NCBI GenBank assembly: GCA_963744145.1 | Contig: CAVUSO010000001.1 | Span: 3,360,001-3,424,000 of the forward strand | Source: an uncultured cyanobacterium | GTDB lineage: Bacteria; Cyanobacteriota; Cyanobacteriia; Cyanobacteriales; CAWUOF01 | DNA: 64,000 nucleotides | Direction: 5' to 3' | Shown: positions 49,413-60,800 of the stretch, piece by piece | How the letters are laid out: every line of letters starts with the position of its first letter | Position numbering within the stretch: position 1 is the first letter of the stretch | Translations under genes and position numbers: made by a program | The notes under the pieces: generated by a model | Told to the model about the DNA's origin: nothing | The model's database searches: none | Seen by the model: the letters and a program-made list of their open reading frames with translations, nothing else

Positions 49413-50362
49413 TTCATGGATCTAATCTTGAGCAAAAAGAAAATCATCGTACTAAATATCGAGATCCTGATAGTATCAAATATCTCAGAGAAATCAGAAT
49501 CGAGTATGATAAATGGCATACAGCTAACATGGATTTGATTGGACCAACATCGAAGTCTACTGAGCAGGATGATGTAATTATTGCTAGAAGAGTAGAACTT
49601 CTGACAAAATATAAAGATTTTTTAGATCAACAGCATTATGCTGAAAAATTTGATTCACGTTCAAACCTTCATTCTAGTATTTTGGAAGAATTTCTTTATT
49701 ATTTATTTAAAGACTTAGTGCGAGATTTTGGAGAAACCACTCTTATTGGTAAGTCACATACTTTTAAAGATATCTTCTTTGTCCCACCAAAATATTCGGA
49801 AATGCTCAAGCGACCCTATGCACGAATTGAGAAAAAAGATCATGATTTTGTGATTGGTGTAACTATTCAAGCATCATTTGAAGCATTTTGTCTCCCAGGA
49901 CAGGATGAAAACTCTGGTGAAATAATTACCCTTTCAAAAGAAGAACTAGATAAAGATTCTGAAATAACAGTTAATGGTAATACTGAAACGCATATTTTTG
50001 ATATTCCAGTTATTGTAATTGAGTGTAAAACATATCTAGATAAAACTATGCTTGAGGGTTCTTCCCGCGCAGCAGAAGACTTAAAAGCTAGAAATCCTAA
50101 TAGCTTATACATTGTAATAATGGAGTGGATCAAATTAACTAGTGATGTAAATTTGCGAAAATATAAAGTTGACCAAATTTATGTACTACGTCAACAGAAA
50201 AATACTGACAGAGAATTTAGATATGAAGAGAAATATATTAAAAATCCTATTAACCCAATTGTTATACAACATCTTTTTACGAAGGTCCGAAACCATTTAA
50301 CAATGGACTGGACTGGTGGTATTGAGTTTGGTGTACAGCGTGGATGGTTAATTAATGAATAG
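49385..50362 (+). CDS. Bpu10I-family restriction endonuclease
   Basis: SSILEEF, KDHDFVIG, IECKTYLDKTML, IYVLR; overlaps the m5C MTase. Confidence 0.85.
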   Translation: MSTNDRNPLVHGSNLEQKENHRTKYRDPDSIKYLREIRIEYDKWHTANMDLIGPTSKSTEQDDVIIARRVELLTKYKDFLDQQHYAEKFDSRSNLHSSILEEFLYYLFKDLVRDFGETTLIGKSHTFKDIFFVPPKYSEMLKRPYARIEKKDHDFVIGVTIQASFEAFCLPGQDENSGEIITLSKEELDKDSEITVNGNTETHIFDIPVIVIECKTYLDKTMLEGSSRAAEDLKARNPNSLYIVIMEWIKLTSDVNLRKYKVDQIYVLRQQKNTDREFRYEEKYIKNPINPIVIQHLFTKVRNHLTMDWTGGIEFGVQRGWLINE

Positions 50363-50488
50363 ATTGGGCTTGTACTCTATCCCAAAACAGAAGTCAATTT
50401 TGCCAATTGGTGAAAAATCAACTATATACACCCTAAATTGCACCATAACCGATACAATAAACTTTGTGCTAACTGCTGCAAAGGTTCT

Positions 50489-52819
50489 ATGTCTACCACA
50501 TCTCCTTTCTCTCCTAAACAAATTGCTGCCGAGCGGCTAACTCTAGCTGAATATGACGAAATTGTCAAGCGTCTTGGACGTCATCCCAATCGCGCTGAAT
50601 TGGGAATGTTTGGGGTGATGTGGTCGGAGCATTGTTGTTATAAGAATTCTCGACCTCTATTAAAACAATTTCCCACCCAGGGCGATCGCATTCTGGTTGG
50701 ACCAGGAGAAAATGCAGGAGTAGTAGACTTAGGTGATGGACTCCGATTAGCTTTTAAAATTGAATCCCACAATCACCCTTCCGCAGTTGAACCGTTTCAA
50801 GGAGCAGCAACTGGTGTTGGTGGTATTCTCCGTGATATCTTTACGATGGGAGCACGTCCGATCGCTGTTCTCAATTCCCTTCGTTTTGGTTCCCTAGAAG
50901 ATCCTCGCACCCGCAGACTATTTAGTGGAGTAATATCAGGAATCTCTCACTATGGTAATTGTGTAGGTGTGCCCACAGTTGGAGGTGAAATTTATTTTGA
51001 TCCAGCATATAGTGGTAATCCCCTCGTCAATGTAATGGCTTTAGGATTAATGGAAACTCCGGAAATTGTCAAATCTGGTGCATCCGGAATTGGTAATCCT
51101 GTCCTTTATGTGGGTTCGACTACGGGTCGAGATGGCATGGGAGGAGCAGCTTTTGCCAGTGTAGAATTGAGTAGTGCTGCTAAAGATGAGCGTCCTGCTG
51201 TGCAAGTAGGTGATCCGTTCTTAGAAAAATCCTTAATTGAAGCTTGTTTAGAAGCATTTAAAACAGGTGCAGTAGTTGCAGCACAGGATATGGGAGCTGC
51301 TGGAATTACCTGTTCCACTTCAGAAATGGCTGCAAAAGGTGGTGTAGGAATTGATTTTGATTTAGATAAAATTCCAGTTCGGGAAATGGGAATGGTTCCC
51401 TATGAATATTTGCTGTCTGAATCCCAAGAACGGATGTTATTTGTTGCTCATCAAGGAAGAGAACAAGAATTAATTGATATTTTTCATCGCTGGGGATTAC
51501 AAGCAGTAGTAGCAGGAACAGTTATTGCTGAACCGATCGTGCGGATTTGGTTTGAAGGTAAAATTGCTGCCCAAATTCCCGCTACTGCTTTAGCTGATAA
51601 TACTCCCATTTATGAGCGGGAATTATTGCCAAATCCCCCAGAATATGCAACTAAAGCTTGGGAATGGCAAATAAATTCTTTACCAAATTGGACTAAATAT
51701 GGGATTAAAATTGCTGGCAGTATGAAAACTGCTAATGAGATTTTACTTCAGTTATTAGAGACACCAACGATCGCTTCTAAGAATTGGGTTTATCGTCAAT
51801 ATGACCATCAAGTCCAAAATAATACTGTAATTCTACCAGGTGATGCGGATGCGGCAGTAATCAGATTGCGTCCGTTAGAAACTTTAGAGCCAAAATCTAA
51901 ATCTTATCCTGGAGTTGCAGCTACGGTTGATTGTAATGGACGTTATGTTTATCTTGATCCTTATGAAGGAGCAAAAGCTGTAGTAGCTGAAGCAGCTCGA
52001 AATCTGAGTTGTGTTGGTGCTGAACCTTTAGCTGTAACTGATAATCTTAATTTTGGTTCTCCGGAAAAACCAATTGGTTATTGGCAATTAGCTTCTGCTT
52101 GTCGAGGAATTGCAGTAGCTTGTCAAGAATTGGGTACTCCTGTTACTGGTGGCAATGTATCTCTTTATAATGAGACTTTAGATGCTCATGGTCAACCAAC
52201 CTCAATTTATCCCACTCCAGTGATCGGAATGGTGGGGTTAATTCCCGATTTGACGAAAATTTGTGGTCAAGGTTGGACAACCCCAGGAGATATTATTTAT
52301 TTATTAGGATTACCTTGGGGAACTGAACTGAGTTTAGGTGCTTCTGAGTATTTAGCAACGATTCATGGTGTAGTTGCAGGAAAACCCCCCATTGTAGATT
52401 TTGAGTTAGAACGACAAGTCCAAACTGCTTGTCGGACCGGAATTCGTCAAGGTTGGATTAATTCTGCTCACGATTGTGCTGAGGGAGGAGTCGCGATCGC
52501 ACTAGCTGAATCCTGTATTAGTGGTAATTTAGGTGCAGAAATTCATCTCCCATCCCAACTATCAATCCGGACTGATACACTTTTGTTTGCTGAAGGTGGA
52601 GCCAGAATTTTAGTTTCCGTAAAACCAGAAAAAATTGCTAGCTGGGAATCTGATCTAGCAACAGTTTTGGGTGAAAATTGGCAGAAAATTGGTTTAGTGG
52701 GAACGATCAATGGATCTTTAAGGGTTCTTACGGTTGATAACCTACCCTTAATCGACGTTACTATAGAAAATATACGCGATCGCTGGTACTACGCGATCGA
52801 ACGTCGTTTAGCGATTTAG
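50489..52819 (+). CDS. purL: Phosphoribosylformylglycinamidine synthase subunit PurL
   Basis: [43 protein letters not shown] 50489. Confidence 0.97.
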   Translation: MSTTSPFSPKQIAAERLTLAEYDEIVKRLGRHPNRAELGMFGVMWSEHCCYKNSRPLLKQFPTQGDRILVGPGENAGVVDLGDGLRLAFKIESHNHPSAVEPFQGAATGVGGILRDIFTMGARPIAVLNSLRFGSLEDPRTRRLFSGVISGISHYGNCVGVPTVGGEIYFDPAYSGNPLVNVMALGLMETPEIVKSGASGIGNPVLYVGSTTGRDGMGGAAFASVELSSAAKDERPAVQVGDPFLEKSLIEACLEAFKTGAVVAAQDMGAAGITCSTSEMAAKGGVGIDFDLDKIPVREMGMVPYEYLLSESQERMLFVAHQGREQELIDIFHRWGLQAVVAGTVIAEPIVRIWFEGKIAAQIPATALADNTPIYERELLPNPPEYATKAWEWQINSLPNWTKYGIKIAGSMKTANEILLQLLETPTIASKNWVYRQYDHQVQNNTVILPGDADAAVIRLRPLETLEPKSKSYPGVAATVDCNGRYVYLDPYEGAKAVVAEAARNLSCVGAEPLAVTDNLNFGSPEKPIGYWQLASACRGIAVACQELGTPVTGGNVSLYNETLDAHGQPTSIYPTPVIGMVGLIPDLTKICGQGWTTPGDIIYLLGLPWGTELSLGASEYLATIHGVVAGKPPIVDFELERQVQTACRTGIRQGWINSAHDCAEGGVAIALAESCISGNLGAEIHLPSQLSIRTDTLLFAEGGARILVSVKPEKIASWESDLATVLGENWQKIGLVGTINGSLRVLTVDNLPLIDVTIENIRDRWYYAIERRLAI

Positions 52820-52944
52820 TCCATTTTTGTGCCCAATTGTCTTTATGTTAAGAAATTATTAAGTTGAGTTATATTAAGGGAGTCTCTCAGCTTAAGTGTC
52901 AATTCCCCAGATTTACCGCTAATGTCAGGAGCTAAATTTTCATA

Positions 52945-54438
52945 ATGAATAATAATCACCCATTGGACTCAGATCAGGTTAGATCGGATTTTACCGAGTA
53001 TCTTGAAGAGCGAGTCGATAAACCCGAGGAAGCTTGTGGTGTTTTTGGGATCTATGCACCAGGTGAAGATGTTGCCAAAATGACTTACTTTGGATTATAT
53101 GCTTTACAGCATCGAGGTCAGGAATCAGCAGGAATTGCTACCTTTACCGCAGATCAGATGCACCTCCATAAGGATATGGGTCTAGTATCCCAGGTCTTTA
53201 ATGAATCTATTCTTAATGAACTTACAGGTAACCTCGCGATCGGTCATACCCGTTATTCTACTACAGGCTCGAGCCGAGTAGTCAATGCCCAACCTGCGGT
53301 AGTTTCCACTCGCTTAGGTCCATTAGCTTTAGCACATAATGGTAATATTGTCAATACTAGCGAACTACGGACAGAGTTATTAAGCCGAAATTGTAATTTT
53401 GTCAGCACCACAGATTCAGAAATGATCGCGATCGCGATCGGACAAGAAGTAGATGAAGGTAAAGATTGGTTAGATGCAGCGATCGCGGCTTTTCATCGAT
53501 GTCATGGAGCCTTTAGTTTAGCGATCGCGACCCCATTAGGATTGATGGGAGCCCGTGATCCCCATGGAATTCGTCCTCTAGTAATTGGCAAATTAACTAC
53601 CAACCCTAAACATTATGTGCTTGCTTCAGAAACTTGTGGATTAGATATTATTGGCGCACAATATATCCGCGATGTCGAACCAGGGGAATTAGTTTGGATT
53701 AATGAAGAAGGTTTGGCTTCGTTTTTCTGGGCAGAAAAACCCAAACAGAAGCTTTGTATTTTTGAAATGATTTATTTTGCCCGACCTGATAGTATTATGA
53801 ATGATGAAAGTTTATATAGCTATCGACTCCGCATCGGACGTTTATTAGCAGCAGAATCTCCAGCAGATGTGGATGTAGTGATTGGAGTTCCTGATTCGGG
53901 TATTCCCGCAGCGATCGGTTATTCCCAAGGTTCAGGTATTCCTTATGCAGAGGGATTAATCAAAAATCGCTATGTAGGGAGAACTTTTATTGAACCGACC
54001 CAAGCTATGCGCGAATCGGGAATTAAGATGAAACTTAACCCACTGAAAGATGTATTAGAAGGAAAACGAGTTCTGATTGTTGATGACTCAATTGTGCGCG
54101 GTACAACTAGTCGCAAAATTGTCAAAGCTTTACGAGATGCTGGTGCTACTGAAGTCCATATGCGCGTTTCTTCCCCTCCAGTTACCCATCCCTGCTTTTA
54201 TGGAATTGATACTGATTCCCAAGATCAATTAATCGCAGCAACTAAATCAATCGAAGCGATCGCTGCTCAAATTGGTGTAGATTCTCTAGCTTTCTTGAGT
54301 TGGGAAGGAATGCTCAAAGCTACTGGGGAAAATCCTCATAATTTTTGTTCTGCTTGTTTTACTGGTGATTATCCGATCGCCATTCCAGAAATGGTGAAAC
54401 GCTCTAAGCTAATGTTAGAAAAAGCAGGTAAATCCTAA
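52945..54438 (+). CDS. purF: Amidophosphoribosyltransferase
   Basis: EEACGVFG, LQHRGQES, GHTRYST, VDDSIVRGTT. Confidence 0.97.
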   Translation: MNNNHPLDSDQVRSDFTEYLEERVDKPEEACGVFGIYAPGEDVAKMTYFGLYALQHRGQESAGIATFTADQMHLHKDMGLVSQVFNESILNELTGNLAIGHTRYSTTGSSRVVNAQPAVVSTRLGPLALAHNGNIVNTSELRTELLSRNCNFVSTTDSEMIAIAIGQEVDEGKDWLDAAIAAFHRCHGAFSLAIATPLGLMGARDPHGIRPLVIGKLTTNPKHYVLASETCGLDIIGAQYIRDVEPGELVWINEEGLASFFWAEKPKQKLCIFEMIYFARPDSIMNDESLYSYRLRIGRLLAAESPADVDVVIGVPDSGIPAAIGYSQGSGIPYAEGLIKNRYVGRTFIEPTQAMRESGIKMKLNPLKDVLEGKRVLIVDDSIVRGTTSRKIVKALRDAGATEVHMRVSSPPVTHPCFYGIDTDSQDQLIAATKSIEAIAAQIGVDSLAFLSWEGMLKATGENPHNFCSACFTGDYPIAIPEMVKRSKLMLEKAGKS

Positions 54439-54448
54439 ACGTAACTCC

Positions 54449-54471
54449 AGGGGCAGATCCTGATCTGCCCC
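54449..54471. terminator. Hairpin between convergent purF and chorismate lyase genes
   Basis: ggggcagatc-ct-gatctgcccc. Confidence 0.55.
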
Positions 54472-54474
54472 GCG

Positions 54475-55092
54475 CTATTTGGCTGTCGGTCCCAAATATT
54501 TAGTTAAATAAGGAGAAAAAACTTCATAAATTAGAGTTAACGGTTTGCCATGATGCCAAAATAAATAGTGACGACCCCAAAAAGGTCCTTTGTAGCCAAA
54601 ACCAACTTCTAAGACAACTGAGTTACCATAATAAATACCTTGCACATCTCGATACAACTCGGTGCGAAGACGAGCTAAACTAGCCCAAATCGGTAAGGAA
54701 CGATTCTGTAAATATTCATCCACATGACTTGCTTCCCACCAAGAAGTAGCATAAGCTAACCTTTGACCAGAAGTAGTGCGTAACCAAACTTGTCTTCTTA
54801 ATCTTGGTCCTGGAACTACTTGAATTAATTTCGGAGCATGATCTTCATCCATCCCCACTAAAGACATATCAATCACATCTACTTCCGTTGGTTCACCAGT
54901 TAACAATTGCAAATGACGGGTAGGAGAACCATCACCTAGCATTAATATTTGCCAAGCAGGTGCTAACTGATGATGGGGTAACCCTTGTTGAAATGTTTCT
55001 TCTCCTGCTTCCCAGACCGGATCGAGATAATACCAAGATGTTGAGTTTATCAATATGGGTTCCCACCAATTTGCCAGAAGGTAAAATAGCAA
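54475..55092 (-). CDS. Chorismate lyase (DUF98/Ycf21 type)
   Basis: LGDGSPTRHL, RRQVWL, LAYATSWW, GRHYLFW, IYEVFSP. Start uncertain. Confidence 0.85.
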   Translation of the reverse strand: MLFYLLANWWEPILINSTSWYYLDPVWEAGEETFQQGLPHHQLAPAWQILMLGDGSPTRHLQLLTGEPTEVDVIDMSLVGMDEDHAPKLIQVVPGPRLRRQVWLRTTSGQRLAYATSWWEASHVDEYLQNRSLPIWASLARLRTELYRDVQGIYYGNSVVLEVGFGYKGPFWGRHYLFWHHGKPLTLIYEVFSPYLTKYLGPTAK

Positions 55093-55098
55093 TCTAGC

Positions 55099-56899
55099 TT
55101 ATTTGCTAGATTTATCGTTTTTTGATAGAGAAATTTTGGGAACTTCTTTCACAACATCAGTTGGTTTTTGTACTTTTGCTGCTGTTGTTTGATTTGACTC
55201 TGGCAATTTGATTGGTTCAGCTAGCTTTGGTATGGTTGTTGCTAGTTTCTTTGGTTCTTCCAAGGGAACTAACTGGGGTGGAATGGGAATTCCATTGACA
55301 ATTGCGGGAAATTGAAACGGGGGTATAATTATTTCTTCTTTTTGATTTTGCTTGACTTCAACTTTACTCGCTGGTGGCTTTAATTCTTTAGTCAATTGAG
55401 CAACTTGGAAGTTTTTGACAAAGTGACCTAAAGCATATTCTAATTGATTACCAGGATCAATTGTTAACCAACCTTGTGAGGTCATTTGTCGGATTTCAAA
55501 GTGGAGATGGGGACCAGTAGAATAACCCGTACTTCCCACTCGACCAATTACTTTTCCTTGTTGAATTTCATCTCCTGGTTTCACAAATATTTCTGACATA
55601 TGACCATAGAGAGTTTCTAAACTTCCTTGCTTATGTTGGATCACTACTGCTAATCCATAACCTCCTAACCAGTCAGCAGTCTCTACTTTACCTGAATAAG
55701 CTGCTAATACTGGTGTACCCGCAGGTGCTCCTAAATCTGTACCAGAATGAAACTGTTGTTGACCAGAAATAGGATCAGTTCTCCAACCAAAAGCTGAAGT
55801 AATTGCTGCCGGAATTGAGAGCGGGAAAATGATATTATTGCCATTACCTAGTTGACCATTCAGATGCGGGGTTAAATTAGAAGATGCTCCCCAATCAGGT
55901 AGACTATTCAAATAAGTATTTTGGGCATTCAGATTAATTCCATTCGGACTCACATTTAATGGACCGACATTAATTGGTTCGATCGCGATCTCCGAACTTG
56001 GTTCAGATATAGTCTCTGGTGTTTCGGAAACTGCTGACGCTGAATCATTAGTTTCTGAATACTCTGCTGGAGGGTCGTTGGTTTCCGTTTCAGCATCACC
56101 TGGTTGATTATTCATTGCGATCGGCGCTTTCCAAGGAGTCGTTTCCGTTGGTACTGGTTCTGCTGCTACATAACGCTTCTGATGGACTGGTGGTGGTGTC
56201 CAAGCAGGTGGTGGTTCTGGGACTACATCATGCTCCTGAATGACTGGTGGGGGTTCTGGGACTACTTCTGCTCCAGGACTAGGATCATCTGGTTGATGAT
56301 CAACTGCAACTGGTGGTGTCCAAGGAGTGGTTTCCTCTGGGGGTGGGGGTGAGGGTGGTGCCCCATTGCAAGAATTAGAAACATCTTGTCCACCTTGGAC
56401 AACTGTTTGACAGCCCGTTGAGCGTTCATCGAATACTACACTAGAGGGGGCATCATCGTTTTTGGTAGCCCCAGTGCTATAATCAGTAGGATCAATATAG
56501 GCATTATTATTATAATCTACCTGATTGCCACCAATTGAAGGTTCAGGAATGGCAGATGGCTCAGGTGCTACATAAGCTGAGTGATGTTCAGGAATTGGTT
56601 CTTCTTGAACAGCAGGATTCGCGGGGAGATTCTGGAGAAGACCACTGAGGTGGTGGGGGAGCGATCGCAGTTTGGGGTGCGGTCGCAGTTGGAGCTGGTT
56701 CCCGAGAGTGAAAATCAAGTGCTGGTCCGGAATCTTGGTTAGGATGGACAACTACATCGGGTGAGGTTGGTGTTTTTGCCCAAACCACCCCACTACTAAA
56801 AATACCTAAACAGCCGAGCCAACTCACTCCCTGCACAATTCGGGAACATTGCCAAAAAACCTTTTCAGGAGTACGAGCAGAGTCGGGTTGCTGGTTCAT
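55099..56899 (-). pseudogene. M23 family peptidase split by a single frameshift near 56623-56626
   Basis: The signal-peptide ORF (ATG 56899) joins the downstream frame carrying HSGTD, YGH and GPHLHFE if one G of the GGGG run is removed. Confidence 0.8.
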
Positions 56900-56945
56900 A
56901 AATATCAATATCCTCAAACTTTTAATTTGCACAAAGTAGGTTTGA

Positions 56946-57797
56946 TCAAGCACCCAGATCGTCAGAGTCATAGCCGAGACTAATTGTACCTGGTTTTAGA
57001 TAAATTTCTGAGCAATTTGGATTGGGTGAGGAAAGAAGTTGCACTCTTAATTCTCCCGTCGGTGTAATTCCCAAGACTACTCCCTGATTTCCTTCCACTC
57101 TAACTAAGCGACCGATGCTAGTTAGGAGTTCTTGGTAAGATTTTAACAGGGGATCTAGGTGGTCTTGAAAAGCTTGTTGGTATCCACAAATCAAGCCTTG
57201 TAATGTGCAAGCTGCTAACATTTCGATGGAGTTTAGGTGATGATTGATCTCGACCGTCTCAGTGAAATAAGATTGTAGATTAATTCCTGTTTCTGGAACA
57301 GGATTAGTCCAGTTAATCCCTACTCCGATCACAGCTTTAGTAATTCTTTCCTGATAGATTTTGGTTTCAGTAAGGATTCCCCCTAATTTACGTCCAGCGA
57401 GGATGAGATCATTGGGCCATTTAATCTCCACTGGTAATAGTCGATCGCGATAAGCTTGGGCAATGCCCCAGGCACTGCTAATAGTTAATAGCATAGCCTG
57501 GTCGATCCCAATTTGCGGTGCGATCGCCATTGATAAGTATAATCCTCCAGGAGCAGAAAGCCATTGACGTCCCCATTGTCCTTTACCAGCGTTTTGCTGA
57601 AGCGCAATTACTACTGTTCCTGGTCCAGCACCTTGTTCTAGCAAGTCCCAGAGAGTCTCGTTGGTGGAGTTAAGTCTCTCGAACAGGTGGAGCGAAAGTT
57701 GACCATCAGCCGAAAGTATTGCGGGATGAAGAATTTTGGGATTATCCCTGAGCATCCCTGCTAGGGCATTTTCTAATTTTTGGCGATCGAATTCCAC
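56946..57797 (-). CDS. birA: Biotin--[acetyl-CoA carboxylase] ligase
   Basis: STNE, AGKGQWGRQW, IKWPNDL, KLGGILTE, GVGIN. Confidence 0.93.
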   Translation of the reverse strand: MEFDRQKLENALAGMLRDNPKILHPAILSADGQLSLHLFERLNSTNETLWDLLEQGAGPGTVVIALQQNAGKGQWGRQWLSAPGGLYLSMAIAPQIGIDQAMLLTISSAWGIAQAYRDRLLPVEIKWPNDLILAGRKLGGILTETKIYQERITKAVIGVGINWTNPVPETGINLQSYFTETVEINHHLNSIEMLAACTLQGLICGYQQAFQDHLDPLLKSYQELLTSIGRLVRVEGNQGVVLGITPTGELRVQLLSSPNPNCSEIYLKPGTISLGYDSDDLGA

Positions 57798-57883
57798 AAG
57801 ATTAAAAAATAAACCGCTTGTTAAGATAACACAAATCTTGAAAGAAGTAGTGAGAACTAAATACTGGATTTATTTATGTCCAA

Positions 57884-60800
57884 CTACTGAACCGGGGATT
57901 CAAACCAATCAGGATCATCACGAATAGCTGTAGCTTGCTGTTTACCCAGTAAAATCCGTCCTAAACGAAAGAAATATGTGGTCATTGCTGGGCGATCGCT
58001 CAATTTTCCCACGCTGATTTCCATTACTTCAAATCCCTTATTTTCCAGTTCCTCCCGCATCACGCGATCGCGCTGTTGTCGATCTGGATCTCCATGTAAG
58101 TGTTTACTCATCCCATCTAGGTAAATACAGATCCCTTCACTCCGTTCATTTGGGTCTTCATAAAAGAAATCAGGGGTAGTAATTCCTAATGGTTTCCCCA
58201 AATCAATAGTTTTTTGACAAATCGGAGTTGGGAAACCAGCTCTGATTAACATATCCCGCAGAATTGTTTCTTGATTATTCACTGGTTGCGCGGCTGAACT
58301 TACTTCAGGATTAGGTAATTGGGGAGGAATATCGTGACTGAAGCTTAATTCATGTCCCCATTCATTGATTTTTTCCCTGGCTCGATGGCGGTTTAAGTAA
58401 TGATGATAATAAGAGTTACGATAAGTAAATAAGCAATCAATACAAGCTGTATGACAAGCCGAAGGACAACGCACTACCACAGCTAAAGCCGCAGAAGTAA
58501 CATCTATCCATCGTTCTATAATTTGCTCTAATAATCCTGAACCACCTGGCATAGGATCGTATAGTAACACATCTACCTTTTGTTGACCAGGATAGGCGAT
58601 CGCTAGTAATTGTAAATCCTCCATTTCCATGTCTAAAACCTGGGCAGCACCAAAGCGAATTGCTTCGGCAATACTATAAGCTTCTTCTCGATTTTCACAA
58701 TCTTGGATACTTAAAGCATCGGCAATAACATCCGCAAAGAAACCTACTGATTCTACAGGTTTACTGCATCTTTCTTGGTGGTCTTTAGCAAATTGTTCCC
58801 GATCAGCTTGAGCTGCTAAAGGTGAGCGACTTTGACCACATACTAAACAAACGGGATAGCCTAAATTTCCGCTATTAACTAAACTTGCTGCTCCCATATT
58901 TACTAAGCGCAGATGTACTCCTTGACGTAGTTGGATAGTTCGATTTTGCCAATGATAAGCTTTACCTCCACTATGACGGTTTTGTTCGTAACCAATCACC
59001 GAGACTGGTAGTTGAAAACGGTAATTTTCTTCATCGGTGATGTGAGACTGATGGGGTAAATCTACGTCGCAGATGGGAACTGCACAAAGAGTTGTTGTCC
59101 CTAACCCTAACCTAGTTTCATTGACATTTACTCCTATTTCTGTTATGGCTTGATTGGCTAGGTCAATTTGAAATTGGGTAATCTGTTGTTGCGGTTCTAA
59201 ATGGAAAAAACGCGGGATAAAGCGATTACCATTAGCATAAATAAAGTTACCGGGAACATATTCACGCAGTGCCATTGCAGCGACCCGCGGTAACTCGAAA
59301 TCGGAGATATCTACTAAATGTCTTGGTACTTGTGCAGCCCCTAACACTGAACCAACTTCTAAGCCATAACCAGGGAGAAAACCTTCTGTTCCTAAGACAC
59401 TATAAGTATTACTATCATCATATCCTGCTGCTTCTAATTTACTCCGAGTTTGAATACCTTTAAGTTTTTTAACTAATCGGTTACAACGCGATCGCAAAGC
59501 TTCTTCATCTGGATCTAAAGTACCCTTTTTTTTGCGAACATTTTCCAGTCTTTCCATTTGCTCTAATGCCCATTGAAGTCTGCGCCAAATCCTTTTGATT
59601 ATGTCTGTAAGTTGGGCACTTATATTTTGAATATATTCATGTAATATTGAGTTTGATATAATATTTTTAAATTCCGATGGCCAACCTGGTGAGAAACAGG
59701 TATAAACATGATTGAAAATAGCAGTTTCATGTTTAGTTATTAAGGTATTAAGGTGATCTACTGATAAAGGAAGTGAACGGAGATGATTTTGCTCATCAAA
59801 AAAGTATTTTTTGACTTGATGAGGGAAACAGTCATCTAATATTTGTTTAATTTCTTGACGTTCTATTTCATTCAAATTACTACCAACCCGCGACAATTGA
59901 TGTAAAATTGTCAGGATAGCAGCATGAACGTGTTTTCTTACCATTAGACTATTACGGAGATTAAATCGAGGTGGTAAGATGACACCTTGTAGGAGTTTTA
60001 ATGGATCATTAAAATAGGCGCGATCGTGACTTGCTTGGCGACAATATGTTAAATTTACTGCCATCTGATGTTGACGACCTGCACGACCTGCACGTTGCCA
60101 ATAATTAGCAGGTAAGGGTGGCACATTTCGCATTAAAATTGCATCAAGGGAACCAATATTTATGCCCATTTCTAAGGTTGGAGTACAAACCAAAGTATTA
60201 ATTAGTTCGTTATTACCCTTGAATATATTTTCTAAAAACTCTCGATCTTTGGCGGGTACTTGAGCAGAATGTTCCCGAGGACGAATCATCGCAAATTGCT
60301 GATCTAATACCATTAAATTATAATCATCAGGATTTTCGATTTGAAACTGAAGATTACCATGACAACGCCAAGTCATGCAGACCATTTTCGGAGTAGCATG
60401 AGTGTAAGGACGACGGCAAATTTGACAGCGATAAACACCTTGATGGGGAGCAATGCGTAATTTATCGGCATCAATTTGGCGGACATCTGTACACTTAGGA
60501 ATAGCACGGTTACGCCAACCAGTGAGAGTGACAGGAACAAGTAATTTTAGGTCTTCATTGAGAAGTTGCCAAAGTTCATCATAGAATTCGGGGATAATTT
60601 CTTTGGAGATACCCCAACGAGATGCTGCTTGACGTGCCAAGGTATCACCTTTATTACTCAACCATTGTTGCACCCGGTTTTCATCATCAGATCCAGTACG
60701 TTGCAGTTTTAAAGCTTTGGGAATACCTGGAAGTAGAGGTAAATAACCACGCTGAATTTCAAAGTCTCCTTCTTGCCAATATTTGGAAAAAATATGTCCT

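Noticed and set aside
55099..56971. Two separate genes (550 aa and 127 aa)
   Set aside because: Better explained as one frameshifted M23 peptidase.
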